This document shows positions 1-13,374 of a stretch of 64,000 bases of DNA, piece after piece. The notes under the pieces are model-generated. The model had not been told where the DNA came from. It saw only the letters and a program-made list of their open reading frames with translations, and did no database searches. This DNA comes from Oopsacas minuta (Eukaryota; Animalia; Porifera): the NCBI GenBank assembly GCA_024704765.1, contig JAKMXF010000055.1:380353-444352 (forward strand). Direction: 5' to 3'. Position 1 is the first letter of the stretch. Each line of letters opens with the position of its first letter. Position numbers and translations under genes: made by a program.

Positions 1-1178
1 TTTTTTTATACTCGTCTCTGTGCACTGAATTGAGGTAGTGGTAAATCCCGTTTCTTAACTCTTGTCGGGTATGAAATAGTTGTCCTCCGAGATGCTTTTT
101 CAGTTTAGCAAATATCCAGAAATCACATGGTAATAGATCTGAGGAATACAAAGGATGTTCCATCATATCAAACCCGATATCCTCAATGACCTCCCTAACG
201 TATTTTTAAACATGAGGTCTGGCACTGTCGTGGAGAAGTTAGATTCCTCGAGTTCCTGTTCGCGGACGTCGTGTTGTATATACTTTCTCGACTTTTCTCA
301 TGCATTTATCTGCGTAAAATTCTCCATTGAGTCATTCTCCTTTAGGCAAGCGTATTTGAGCTACTGGCCCATACGTATCAAAAAATATTCTGTAGAGAAC
401 CTTATCTTCACGGAAGTCCGGACGTGCCTTCTCAGGGAGATAATAACCTTTGGGGATCCACGATTTGCATTGTTCCTACGCAGAAGTTTAGAAAATTTAA
501 TCCAAGTTTCGTCCCCAGTAACGTATTTATATAATCCTCGAGAATCACAATCTATATATTCTTTAAGCAATTTCTTCGCGCATGAAATCCTCATCTAATT
601 TTGCCCCTTCGGAGGAATTTTGGTATCCATCGCGCTGAAATCTTCGATATTCGAGATAATCGTGTAGAATCGTATGAACACTTCGCAATGAGCTGTCCAG
701 GATCAGGACATTCTCTTCAACGCTCCAAGGCGGTCAATATCAAATAGTTCCAAAATTTAAGAGGCAATTTCAAGGGTGGTAGCGGAAATTGGTCTCCCCT
801 CCGAGGGTCATCTTCAATGCTGATTCTACCAGCCTTTGATTTACGTGCCCATTCCTTACAGTGGGACTTCCCCATGATAAACGGTGACGAGATCCTCATG
901 TATCCGGAGTGGTTTGTCGCTTAGTACGGTACGAATCTTTATTTAAGCTCGTTGCTCAGTTTTGCTGGATACGTATTTTGAAGCCATGAAAAATTTGACT
1001 CTCGAAAATAGGTAAAATTGAAAGTAGGATACATCAAGAATATAATAGCTAGAGTGATTTGCTCAATAACATTAGATAGGTAATCGATAGGACTATTAGG
1101 ATATACTTTGCATCTCACGTAATCGAGTAGGGTTTGGCTGCTATAAGCTAAGGATGGGAACATTTTGAATGCCCCAAG
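1..1178 (-). mobile_element. Degenerate mariner transposon; 3' end runs off the window edge
   Basis: Minus-strand fragments: ATG at 987 (MASKY...IKIRTVL), GRISIEDDPR, YVTGDETWIKF, MMEHPLYSSDLLPCDFWIFAKLK. TIR end ...TTTTGAATGCCCCAAG at 1178 followed by TA. Several stops and frameshifts. Confidence 0.9.
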
Positions 1179-1630
1179 TACATCAAGCCTAGAAACATGT
1201 TATTATTATTTATTTAATGAACTTATAACATGTCTAACCAAAGTCTTCAATCTAAGCCTAAAATTTGAAATTTGAAAACCTGAGAACCACAAATATATGT
1301 ATTCTTCAAATACCCATACATTATTTCAGCATTCCTGGATTTTCGATAATTCAATGGTATTTATCGGTGGTCGTATACATTATGTGATTAAATTTAACTC
1401 GTTTGAGAAAAAATTTAGTATTTGATTTTTCATTCTCGTGCATTTACTATTTATCATGAAAAAATCGTATATTTGTACAGAGACGGAATTGATCATTTGG
1501 TATTTCAACATTTTTAAAATTAATAAATATTTCATGTTTTACATGGTTTCTAATATGAAGCAGGTCATAGACTACTATATCATACAGATAGGAAGTAACC
1601 CAGCAACGAATCAAAAAGAGCCCATATATA

Positions 1631-2188
1631 TGAATCTTTTAGGGTTATAAAATGTAAGGAATCAGTTAAGACTACCTAAAAATTCGAAACGACCATCCTT
1701 CATCTCGTATAAGCACCATTTATGCGATGATGTTAGCATATATATAATTTGACTATTTTCTCAAATATTTTGTAAAATATGTATTTTGTTTAACTTTATG
1801 CTAATATTGTTTGAATTCGTACATGTACTTCACACTCAAGTTAAATCCCTGTTTTACAGATAACTTATTGGAAGAAAAATTTCTGAATTGTACCATGGGC
1901 ATGAAAGTAATATATTTATCGAAAATAGATTATGAATTTTCAAAAATATTATATGAAGATGTGATCCAAATTCTATTCTAAGGAAACTTGCTAATTATTT
2001 ATACCATATGAATAATTAGAGAACATTAATTCATCGAAATACAAAATTTTAAAAAGTAAAATTCTATTTTTTTGGTGAACATTTGTGTGAATTTTGATGT
2101 CGTGATTTGAATGCGCCTAAACGAGATGAAGCATGGCCGTTCGAACTTTTTAAGTAGTCTTAGCATTTTATAACCCTAAAGACGTTCA
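1631..2188. mobile_element. MITE-like element with ~80-90-bp imperfect terminal inverted repeats
   Basis: 1631-1720 (tgaatcttttagggttataaaatg...taagactacctaaaaattcgaaacgaccatccttcatctcgt) is the reverse complement of 2110-2188 apart from a short indel. No clear TSD. Confidence 0.6.
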
Positions 2189-3393
2189 ATTCACAAATTT
2201 GAAGAGTTAATTTGCTTTTATGAGATTTATATAAATGCCCTCTCTTTTTATTTGTTGCTCAGCTACTTTCCTATCTGTGTTATATAGTAGTCTATGAACA
2301 AGTTTATATGTTTGCTATTTACGCTAGCATATGACTTCACTTCGAACTGAAAATTTCCACTAATGTGGCTCTTGTGAATTCCTACATATCGATAATACAT
2401 TATTCGGGTGGAAATGTACTAGTTTCTTATTATCTGCGATTGTAGAATTCCCCATCAAAATATATCCTCTTCCTATTATCGTTGGTTCAGTGAAAATTGA
2501 CTCATAATCTGGTCTAATCTTTAGTATGCTATGTCTAATACTAATAGGTACGAATTACGTTCTTAGTCCTGGAACGAATCCCTGCAAATACCATCATATT
2601 CTTGTAGGATTTCAAATTTTAAGAATAACAAATAGTATAATATTAATGCTAATATGAAAATATTCAAAATCTAGATCCAATTGTATATTTTTAATTTCTG
2701 GATCATGATAGTTATTATTTGTCATTAGTAAAATTTAACATGTACACATTAATCGACTTTTAATAGTAAGGATTTTTCAAAATTTCAAATTCTACAAATA
2801 TTATTTTTATTGGCATTATGATTGTATTTCTGAGTTTCCATTGTACATATTACTCATTCTCATCTTGAGGCTATGCGGGTCACACTGAAGTATTGAAATT
2901 GTTGCTTAAGTGTTTGTATTTAGTGTAAATCCAATATCTAGATGTATAATAGGAAGTATGAAAAGTGAATTCATACTGGTTAGGAATAATAGAAAGAGGT
3001 AAATGGGCCATTATGGTAAGCAAACCATCCTTGTAAGTGAATGGTCATACAACGGAACTATTGTTTGGTTTAACAGCATACATGTATTCTTCCCAAACCA
3101 ACGTGAATAAATCTTATCTGTGAGAAATATGCATGATAAGCCTAAATGTGGTGGCATATATCGATATCAGCATAATGGTGACTCAACTCAACTACTCCCA
3201 AGTCTTCAACAATGTATTTTCAAATACTGACTTACACAGTAATAACTGCAAGTGGTCACGATCCAAAGATATCTTGCGTTTGTATACCAGTGGCGGATTA
3301 TCCACTTAATAGCCGCCTATGAACTAATATCTTTCGGACCCTATGCCACTAACACTCAATGATACTCAAACATAATTTTGGAATATCTAAGAT

Positions 3394-3655
3394 CAGAGTG
3401 ACCAGATGGATTATAGATAATGGATATCATGGATATTGAATCCATAAACTCTATAAATTCCATGAATTTCGGATGGATTTGGATTCTCTGAAGTCCAAAG
3501 GAACCTATCGGATCCACGAAATGTATCTATTTCATGAATTTTGTTTTTGGTATCCGTATTCTATATTGATATGGATTGGATTTGGAATTTTGTCGTGTGG
3601 AAAATTGATTACGGATTTGATTTGGTTTGTGAACTGGATCCATCCTGCCACTCTG
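3394..3655. mobile_element. Short MITE-like element with GGATTT-rich interior
   Basis: Termini CAGAGTGACCAGATGGAT / ATCCATCCTGCCACTCTG (15/18 inverted match). Flanks tctaagat / tttccgat match 5/8. Confidence 0.45.
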
Positions 3656-4185
3656 TTTCCGATAGTATATTTTATCCTGTTTAATCTCCAGCTACGCCGG
3701 GACAAAAAATGACTCAAATTCTGGGCTATGAAATATTTATAACGGGCAGCCATCCGCGATAAATAACTATCACCTGGGGGCTGTATACCTTACAATCAAT
3801 ACGAGCAATCCAAAGAAACGATAGCTAGTGTACACCAATTGACGGTAAAATGTAGTATGCATGTTATTAGTTATAATTCTCAGAAGTCCTCTTGTAATAT
3901 TTTTGGAAACTCACTATTATAAAACAGAGAACAAAATATATCTATCATCTGAACACTGAGTTATACATATCTTCTTCAAACAATATTGTGTAGGTATTCA
4001 ATGTTGGGGGTACAACCTCTTCCTCCCCAATTTATAGCTGAGTTAGATGTAAATCAATATTATTAAATCTCAATTGCTCTCTGTCTGTTGTTTGTATGTT
4101 GTTTTGATATTTTCACAGAACTATGTATTTACAGGATTTATCATGGAAGTAATAGAAATCGATAAAACTTCACTAACTATATCGA

Positions 4186-4465
4186 AATGCTGAATCCGAT
4201 TTCCACACTTTTGGATTAATCTTATGAAAATTAGTGTTATTTTTATGAATATATACTGACAAATTAGCCAAATTTCAAAATATATATAGATGTTTGCTCT
4301 TAGCGGCTACACATGGGTAACAGTAACACAGTACGCTGAATCCGAATTCCGCATTTCAAGTTTCTTATATGTAAATTTATTGGTGTTTTTATGAATATAA
4401 AGTAACAAATTAGCAAGATCTCAAAATTTACGTAGATACTTGCTCTCAACGGCTACATATGGGGT
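4186..4465 (+). repeat. Diverged direct duplication, two copies of ~130-150 bp
   Basis: gctgaatccga...tttttatgaatat...acaaattagc...ttgctct..cggctaca.atggg occurs at ~4186-4320 and again at ~4334-4465. Confidence 0.7.
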
Positions 4466-4899
4466 TGAACTTACGAAATAATTCAATAATATATATGCCA
4501 TATTATAATACTCAAAGGGGCCGTCAATTTGGATAATAATGGGTACCTCGAGTTGCAATGTGCGGAGTTCATCGCGGGCCGACGAGCCAAAGGCTCGTTA
4601 GTAATGAAATTTCCGTGAAATTTCTTACAAAAAGACCGACTATATTTACTTAGATGTAATTGTACAATATTCACAATAATTTCTTCTAATTCCGTATACT
4701 CTACTTAGGCTACTAATCTAGAAATAGAGAAGTTCAGCAGATACTCAAATTTCCTCTCCATCCTGCTGTTTAAAGGTTCCAACCCGTTTGTCGGAATTCG
4801 AAAGGTAATGCAATTGATCCTAATTCGCCTGATTATATTGATTGTCCTGAGACACCCAATTTATCTGGTATTGCAGAAACAGTTGTATCTCAGCCTACT

Positions 4900-6420
4900 A
4901 AAGATTTTCAAGGACCCAATTTTATTCTAGTTCGAAAACCAATTATCCATGAATAGTTTATGTTGAAACAAGGGGCGTGTGGTTTTGTGGTATCTGTAAA
5001 TGGTTCTACGATTCGTGGAATACATTTGAAGCGACCAAGAAAGCTAGACACAATTCACAACCAGTGCCTTCAATGATTGGAACCATGTCCTAAAGAAGTC
5101 GCGCTCGCTTTGACTACATGAGAGGTTGGCTCCTCAAATCTGTCAGAGCAAAGGCGATAGTGGGAAATGCTCAGGGATTAGATGTGCAGCTAGATGCACC
5201 GAAAGTCTACAGGGGATACAGGGTTCTGTAGCGATTAAATGCGTGATTGACACAATTCTTACATTATCCAGCAGAACATACCACTCCCTAGGAACAAACT
5301 AGAGGAAGAATCAGATCCTCAGATTGGCCGCTAGAACGAGAACGGGTTAGTGAAGAATGTTTGAGGCGTTCTCAGACAGGAGTATCTGCAGACTCAGTTA
5401 ATGAAATCCTCCAGTTGCTTCGTGATGATGTTCAGAGACGTATTCTAAACTTGAGGGAATCATTCCAAGGATTACTCGGCGTAATTATTGACTAAACTAC
5501 TGAAATATACTCTAAAGAACCAACGAGTTGCAGCATAGTTCCGAGGCAATCAATTCACATCTATTGATGTATTTGTGGGATTCGTGACAACACCATCCAC
5601 CAGTGGTATGCTTCTACTACGAAGCTCAGAATACCCTTTCGGCCAGTTTGTGTTATCAGGGATACTATGGTGCAAATAACATGCACGAAAATTCAGGGAC
5701 ATGTCTACTAGAGTATTCGTTGATTTTCCAAGGCGATTTACAGTTATTGTAGTGGCCACTGCCTGAGTTTTATCATCCAAGAATCTCTTGATAGCTACTT
5801 CTTAAAAGACGTGGTAAATTCCGTTTCTAAATCCCCAAAGAGAAGAAAAATTCAACGAGTTTTGTCAATTGGAGGATATTGGTGAAATATTGTGATTCAT
5901 TTATGATTGAAATACAATTCTTACTTCTTGAACCTCACAAGAAGCAACAGTAGATAGATTGGGACAGTGAGAATAACAGTGGGTATACAATGCTTTGGTA
6001 CTGACTTGTTCAATTTTGCTTGCCCTTGGCTACATATTTTACTTGCGTTTTGAGAAACGGAGCAATGAGTTAGGCTTCAAGAATTATCATTGAGATTCCT
6101 TTGGCGTTTGATAATGGAAGTGGATAATAGATAAGAGACACTCCCTATTTTAGGATTATCAGCCAATTACTCAACCATATAGTTAGAATCTCTTCTTTTT
6201 ATGAGAATATCAGTAGTCTCACCTGCAAATGCAGTATGAGGTAACGCAATCTCTCTGATTAGTATATATACGCAATAAGATTTTGGATTGCTTTGCTGGT
6301 GCATTTTGTGTTCCCTCGTTATGCAATAACAAGATGTGAATTCAATCCCGGTTCGTCTTTTCCATTACCAGCAGTATTGCTGCAAAAAATTCCTCTAGTT
6401 TTTATCCTCATTAGAATAAT
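4900..6420 (+). pseudogene. Decayed hAT transposase (ZMYM1/DUF4371-like); boundaries approximate
   Basis: Frame fragments AFNDWNHVLKK, SVNEILQLLRDDVQRRIL...GVIID*TTEIYSKE, IDVFVGFVTTPSTSG and DVVNSVSKSPKRR follow the motif order of ZMYM1-type hAT transposases. Many stops. Confidence 0.7.
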
Positions 6421-7046
6421 CTACTTTATCATCTCGATGACCCAGAAAGGCTAGTCACGCTTTGCCAAGTACAGCGCTAATGTTTGGCCAACAATGTACT
6501 TTTTTCTCAATAACCTTATTGCTCTCTCTGACGAATACTGGTCCTCATTGTAAAAGTTTCACTCATATTTTCATTGACTTCTATATCTGCTCTGAAAAAT
6601 TGTACATACACAGTATACTTTTCCAGTGAAAACTTGTATTTACAGTACTTATAGTATAACCTTTATACAATATCTTTAATAAAATAACAATAGTTACATA
6701 GAAATCTATATAATCTTTTTTTGTTTCCAGAAATATATGTAGGAGGCCGATCGATCGCTCTTTGAATTACTGTAGCTAGCCAACTAGTTTGAATATGAAC
6801 TACAGTCAGAGTATAAGTGCTTTGAGAGTCGCTGATTCATTAATACAAATTTACGACCCAACTTCTAAGTCGTTGATACCTAATATAACCACAACACTTA
6901 CGCAATTCCTAAATTGCCTATACCTTTAGAAGGTACCTCAATGGTTCTCTAATTTGTAGTGCTATACCGGCGGATACTTTCGCAGGTATATTTTTATTGG
7001 GTGGGGCTGTTTCTTTATTCGAGAAAGTTACAAATACATGTATCTT

Positions 7047-7469
7047 TCAGTGGCCTGCAAGGTTGGCGAACTTTCTAACAATTGAACTATCTAGGAGGGC
7101 TCTCACAACACTTTGTGTTTGCTCTATGTGGCTGTAATCAAACAATGAGCGCTCGAGCCCCCCCAGCATCCCAGTTTCGATGCTTATGAAAGTGGCATAA
7201 TCATATTCCAGCCTTAAATATCTGTATTTTTGGGCTGGGAGCCAGGATTTCCAAAGAGGAAAATGTTTCGAACATGTTTTGTGAAAAGACTTTCGTCGCT
7301 CTACTATCATCCCGGTATTGTTGATTCGATTCAAAGCCCACCTATAAAACGTTTTCCAATGTACATTTGCATTATAACTCATAATTATTAGTGATTTTGA
7401 TAAGGAATGCAAGATCACTTGTGATCGTTCGCACGATTGATTTTCCACAATAATTTGACAGGAAATCAT
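7047..7469 (-). CDS. 140-aa ORF of unknown function (possibly a transposase HTH remnant)
   Basis: Open frame from an ATG in AT-rich DNA. TFYRWALNRINNTGMIVERRKS weakly recalls a Tc1/maT N-terminal HTH. No firm family assignment. Confidence 0.25.
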   Translation of the reverse strand: MISCQIIVENQSCERSQVILHSLSKSLIIMSYNANVHWKTFYRWALNRINNTGMIVERRKSFHKTCSKHFPLWKSWLPAQKYRYLRLEYDYATFISIETGMLGGLERSLFDYSHIEQTQSVVRALLDSSIVRKFANLAGH

Positions 7470-8109
7470 TTCTTAAGACCTAGTAGAAGTGAATGCTTTT
7501 GGGGTGCCACTCTTCAACCCGCCAAACAAGATCATTGAGGAAATTTGGTTCTTTATACTGGGGCGAATCTCATTTTCCTGAGACTCCACCCCCCAGACTT
7601 CCGACTAGATTTTCTGTGCTCCAATCAAATGCGAGAACCTGGCAACCTCCCCCTCAAATTTTCCCTTTATAGGCATCTTGTTGGACAGTTCATACATATA
7701 TCACAATTTTCACAATATACTTATGTGCTAACGTAACAGGTCAGACTATCTTGAAATCTTTGCTTGACTTTTCTTTCTATATTCTTGACCAATAGCCCAT
7801 TTAACATATCACTGTATCCATTGCTACTGCATTATCCTATTTTATTTCTAAACTCTTCAATAAGCATATATACTTTACTGAGTTCCTATTTTGAACATTG
7901 TGTTTACTGTGTTATATGTTCCCATTTGCTCTTCTAACGTCTTGAACTCCGATTTCTTTAATCACTTCCGTACTTTGACACCTTAACTCCACTTTCCAGG
8001 GTAGATTCACACCACTTATTTGCGTTCTTTTCGGTTTCAGTGACATGGCTCTGTTAACCAGAGTATGTAGTATCCAGTTTTTCCAATTAATCTATTGTAT
8101 TTTTTTTAG

Positions 8110-9231
8110 GCAAAAGGAACTACTGAAAGCTATACATCTGGCAATCAAGCACATGCATTTCCATTTCCACATTCTTTGGATGAAGATCACAATACAACAG
8201 TTCATCATGACCAATTCAGTACCAAACCTATTCGAACTACGCCACCAGATATCAGGAAATACCACCATAAATTTGGTGGAGAAGTACTATGTGGCTCCTT
8301 ATGGGGCGTAAATCTTCTTGTTGGAACTGATAATGCATTGCTTTTATTAGATCGTAGTGGTAATGGGAAAGTTTTTCCATTAATATCTAGAAGAAGATTC
8401 TATCAAATTGAAGCTTTAGAAGGACTGAATGTTATGTTAAGCATAAGTGGTAAAAAGAATAAATTACGTGCATATTATTTATCCTGGTTGCGAAGAAAGA
8501 TATTACGATCAGATGATGCTGAACGTACCTCTCGAACAGGTTTCGCTGCCGTGGGTGAGATTGAAAATTGTGTATCCTTTAAGGTTGTACAAGGTAGCGA
8601 TAGATTGAAATATTTGGTAATTGCAACAAAGTCCTCTATTGAACTCTACGCTTGGGCTCAAAAACCGTATTCAAGATTTATGCAGTATCGCAGTTTTGCT
8701 AATATCACATATAGACCTATATTAGTTGATTTTGTAAATTTCACTGCAAATAAATTTATTACGTATGCGAGTTCATCAGGGTTTCATAATATCAATATGG
8801 AAAATGGTGATGTTTCGGATCTTTGGATGCCCTATCAAGGAACAAAGAGCATAAAACCTTTTGCAATAATTCCCCTACCATCTAGTACAAACCTACTTTT
8901 ATGCTATGATTCCGAAGGAGCATATATAGATGTGCTTGGTCGTCAGGTAAAAGCACGTGGTCTTAGATGGGATGAAGTACCTCAATGTGTGTCATGTATT
9001 GGCGATAATTTGATTATGGGTTGGTGCCAAAAAGCTATTGAAGTTCGCAGTCTTATCGATGGAACTCCTCAAGGTACCTTTGTTCATAAAAGGGCTTTGA
9101 AATTGAAATATTTATGTGAAAGGAATGATAAGGTGTTCTTTTCTTCCATTAAAACAGCGACAGCCACTAGTTCACGGATATACGTAATGGCTTTGAGTAA
9201 TGTTCTCCATAACTTTTCTCCAATAATGTGA
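8110..9231 (+). CDS. MAP4K4: Terminal exon of a GCK-IV Ste20 kinase (MAP4K4/TNIK/MINK1/misshapen co-ortholog): complete CNH domain
   Basis: PDIRKYHHKFGGEVLCGSLWGVNLLVGTDNALLLLDRSGNGKVFPLISRRRFYQIEALEGLNVMLSISGKKNKLRAYYLSWLRRKIL ... LKYLCERNDKVFFSS matches the MAP4K4-family CNH domain. A phase-0 acceptor tttttttag|GCA at 8109/8110 has an in-frame TAG just upstream. Stop TGA at 9229-9231. Upstream exons were not identified. Confidence 0.95.
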   Translation, partial: AKGTTESYTSGNQAHAFPFPHSLDEDHNTTVHHDQFSTKPIRTTPPDIRKYHHKFGGEVLCGSLWGVNLLVGTDNALLLLDRSGNGKVFPLISRRRFYQIEALEGLNVMLSISGKKNKLRAYYLSWLRRKILRSDDAERTSRTGFAAVGEIENCVSFKVVQGSDRLKYLVIATKSSIELYAWAQKPYSRFMQYRSFANITYRPILVDFVNFTANKFITYASSSGFHNINMENGDVSDLWMPYQGTKSIKPFAIIPLPSSTNLLLCYDSEGAYIDVLGRQVKARGLRWDEVPQCVSCIGDNLIMGWCQKAIEVRSLIDGTPQGTFVHKRALKLKYLCERNDKVFFSSIKTATATSSRIYVMALSNVLHNFSPIM

Positions 9232-10199
9232 ATTATTTTCATGCTCGACTATCTAAATCAACATCTTGTTGGCTCAAATCCAATTTTTTGGACTATTCTA
9301 TTGGATTGTAAATACTCACTTACGAATATGATACCTAATAATTTATTTAATATACAAATTGATGTTTCATTCATGTATACATATATGTATGTATGTGTAT
9401 ATATCCATCTATATCTTTATGCCTTTATCTTCTATTCTTTGGTGATTAGTTCAATGAAACAAAGTTTCCTATATTTCTCTAAAATACATTTTACTACACT
9501 AAAACTTTTCTTTACGACCAGCCGGCAACCCGAAAAAATGGTCGTGAAAGATACTTCGTGGCTAATCGGAGATTTACTAATAGTATAGCCATTATCCATA
9601 TAGGAGAATTAGAACTATAGTAGTTTACAAGAAGCTCATTTCAAATTTCGTCCAGTATTGTCAGCTTGCTAATGAGTAAATTTGTAAAGATTTTAATGTT
9701 CCTTTATATTGAAGGGAATCATTGCCAATCTAACGTCGAAATATGTGTAGTTGGCCGCGCGGCCGCGTTTTCAGATAGTCGCGAATCCCAGGTCATCAAT
9801 GCTATAAAACTATCTGTACCGGAAAATGTGGCCATAAAAGCAGGAAATTGTTCATTGAAGGGTCGTGCACATAATATAGCATATATTTCCATTTACTAAT
9901 ATATATTGTAGTTAATTTTTCTTGACTATTATATAAAATTTCATTTTCAATAATACACTGTATTTAATAATATCTCAACAAATTTTGCTGTTTAGTGTTT
10001 AAGCTAAATCTAACCCATCAAGCTTTCGCGCAGTGACCTAGCTTGTGAAGCGCCCTTGTTATCCAATATTTTCATGTTGTCAACAATTTTGTAGGGAAAT
10101 TGTATATTCTTTGACATATTCTGATGTCTAAAGATTATTGAGTAAATAAGTATTTTGGAGGTATTAGTTCATTGATATCTACATAACACAATTACTCAA

Positions 10200-10434
10200 G
10201 GAGGGAAATTGCGAGTGTAACGAGCTATCCCTAAGTAGCGTATGGGGAGGCAAGCCCCTAAGAACATTTTTAAATGTTATACTCTGAAATACCAAACTAT
10301 AGCTATTTCTACCACCTATGGAGGAAAAATTTAAATTCATTTATCTTATTTAGTTATTCATTTTGAGACAGAAATTAGAACTCAAAATCTCAGGGAGGTT
10401 ATGGCCTGGCCAGCCCTCTCCCTATCCGCCCCTG
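10200..10434. mobile_element. hAT-type MITE remnant; left end not found
   Basis: Right terminus ...CCCTATCCGCCCCTG (reverse complement CAGGGGCGGAT), with G/C-run subterminal text like the other MITEs in the window. Confidence 0.4.
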
Positions 10435-11655
10435 GAACCACATCGATTGTGTACCAAGAATGCAGAGGCGGAACAAATTCTTTTCTGCATTTTAACTACT
10501 TCTTCATTGTTATATTCTTGCATATATCATCATATCACGGTTATCTGATATAATGGTCTCTGTCAAAAATATACTGACTAGAACAAATTTACAGGATTGA
10601 AACAGAATTTTGTATAGTTTTTAAATTTCTGATGAAAAAATATTTCGATTCCAAAATATTTCTGTGTCATTATTTATGTGTCAAAATATATTACAAATCG
10701 GTCAAGAGTGTTTCTTTTCTAAACAATTCACATTGGACTGCATCAATTATTTTGGAGATTTGGAAATCAGTTATGGAGCAATTGACAGTCAAAGTTGACA
10801 CTACAAAATTAATTCCTCTTGATTTCAACTCGACTTTCATCCAAATACTACCGGGAAATTATGTAATATTATTGAGTCAAACAGGTGCTAAAATCTCGTT
10901 TTTTGTTAAGGGAATTGCTTAAGACGAAGTACTAAAACTTTAGTGTTCTAATTTATTATGGATGTAAAACTTCTGCCGTAATCGGTTATTGTAGAGGAAA
11001 TTATGTATTGCTGTGGTGTGAATGATGTGCCCAGTTTCAGTGACCTGTATCAATACTAAATTTCGAATAATACAATGAAAATACCATTTTGGCAAATTTC
11101 TTTGGAAATTTATTGAATAAAGCCTCAATTTAAGTCATTTTATAGTAGACCTCATAATATTCTTTAGGATTTACTCACTTTATCGATATTTCACCTCAAG
11201 TTCTTATATCTTGAGAAATATTTTTCCAATCACTTAGCTTTTATTATTGTTTTTTTTGTACTAGTATACTGTTTTCAAGTCCAAACAAGGAATTTAAACA
11301 TTGATTTTGACGTCATGTTGTTGTAGATTCTATAGTGACATATTTCACTGTCAATCGCTACAAAACTATATTTTTTCTTAATGTCTGTCTAATATCTTAA
11401 TACGTACCATATGTTGGACTAATTTGGGATTTCGTTTTCACTCCGAGAATACATTTGTGATTGAAATATGATTTCATCACAACTTTGGAGTACAGCTCAA
11501 GTGGAAGTTGCGTGTGCTGTCACTTTGAGTATGTCAGGTAATACTTATTTGCAAAACAACACAATTAGCTTATATAACGTTTGTCTAAGTTTAGACAAAA
11601 CTTCTATGTAGTTAATATATTTGAATATTACCTTTGTGCAGTAGAGTATCTAGGA

Positions 11656-12878
11656 CGGCGTTTCTTAACCTGGGGGTTGAAATCGATTTAGGGGTGCAGG
11701 ATAAGGATTCTACTATGTGCTGTATGATTTTTTGTTTGGATCCTAGATAACATTTCAGGCTGGCAGATGCTTTAGGATAAATATCGAAACATTCAGCTGT
11801 CTTTATTAAATATAATAATGTCTGGCTATAAAATAGTTGTATTTAACCTACGTATATCCTTTCTGTGTTACTTACTTGAGTTCTTTTCTGTCACAGATTT
11901 GTGATAGGGAATAATTATACTGGTATGAAATACAGTTCCATGGAACTGAATTTCCATATAAGGAAATCGGTATTTAAAACGGACCCATTAGCTAAAAATA
12001 AATTGTGCGTAAAGTAAAACCGGTTCAGTTCCATGAAACTGGATTTCATGGAAGTATTTTTATGATTTAGCTATCAGTAATTCTAAAATGTCAAAGATGC
12101 GCAAGTTGAGTGGTGAATCTGTCAAATATGGTTTCTCTGCCCTCCTGAATAATCGTGGAGGTATGTTCCCAGGGCCGTAGCCAGGGCGTAGTGTGAGGAA
12201 GGGCTAAATACACTTTAGGGGAGGCTTGGATACTTAAGATTTTTATATCTATTTTTGGGTAGCCCCATACCCAAACTCCCAAGCTACTTTGGGGGAAGGT
12301 AGAATTACTTAGTTCATTAATATTCAGACCACTCTAGCATTATATAGTCTCGCTTAATAATCGTAAAATGTAATCAAACTTGAAGGAACATATGTTGTGG
12401 TCGTATAAAAACAAAAAATATAATTTCAATGGTCGCTGTAAAAGCATCCATATAATTAAGTATATTTACTAGCAAGAGGAATTAGATAACTAAAATGTAT
12501 AACCAATTTGACATATTCACAAAGATTTCCATGATTTACCTAATATTTAAGATCTAAGATAGTAAAGATCAATGTATCTTAGCAAAAGTTATAGAGTTGT
12601 TAAATTTGCTAGGGGCTCAGCCCCCCTAGCCCCCCCTTAGCTACGGCCCTGTATGTTCGTGATATATAAAGTTAGATTTTCTTTCTGATTGAGTTGGATT
12701 TTTAATGGAGTAATTCAAGTAAATACAATCAATTATGAAATAGTGTATTACTTGCCTTATTTCATCCTTGTTACAGTTATAGAGGGCACTGCAATACTTG
12801 TAGTATCATGTAAGGGGTACTGAATTGCTAAGACTGTCTACAGGGGGTGCTGAGGGATGAAAAGGTTAAGAAACGCTG
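11656..12878. mobile_element. Non-autonomous hAT (Buster/Charlie-type) element
   Basis: TIRs CGGCGTTTCTTAACCT / AGGTTAAGAAACGCTG (15/16). Perfect 8-bp TSD ATCTAGGA (11648-11655, 12879-12886) with the central TA typical of Buster targets. Confidence 0.92.
12170..12651. mobile_element. hAT-type MITE nested in the 11656-12878 element
   Basis: TIRs CAGGGCCGTAGC / GCTACGGCCCTG. Flanks TATGTTCC / TATGTTCG (7/8 TSD). Confidence 0.88.
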
Positions 12879-13374
12879 ATCTAGGATTTTGACTATGGGG
12901 TGCTAATTGATTGCATTGGTTACCAGGCTTGTAACTCTAGATATGCACAAGTGGTATAAATATACTTTTATTTGGCTTGGTCACTAGATATAATTTGTTG
13001 TTACTCGGCATCATTTGGAGGGGTTGTGAGCCTGTCCACCAAGAAAAGATCTTCCAAAATTGGTCTGAAATATTTATTCACGCATTTCGATGTACTAATA
13101 AGCAAAGTTCACAGCATTGAAATATGTTCATAACTTCACATTTTGTCATTTTCAGAGATAATTCAGTGGCTTAAGTTATCCCAACATTAAATCAAGAGTA
13201 AACGCGCACGAACCCAATATCGATATTCATGAATTGCAGCCTTACTGAATACTAATGCGACCAGCGCTGGTCACAATTATCAATTTGGATTTCCATTGAT
13301 TGAAATAATGACTAATATCTCACATCTAACTGTTTGTTTTCCATGAATACGAATAATTTATAGATTTTGATGTA

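Noticed and set aside
10940-11128. INFQRNLPKWYFHCII as the HTT NF.QR..W..C motif
   Set aside because: The spacing is wrong, there is no suitable acceptor, it is 29 kb from the previous exon, and it lies in repeat-like text.
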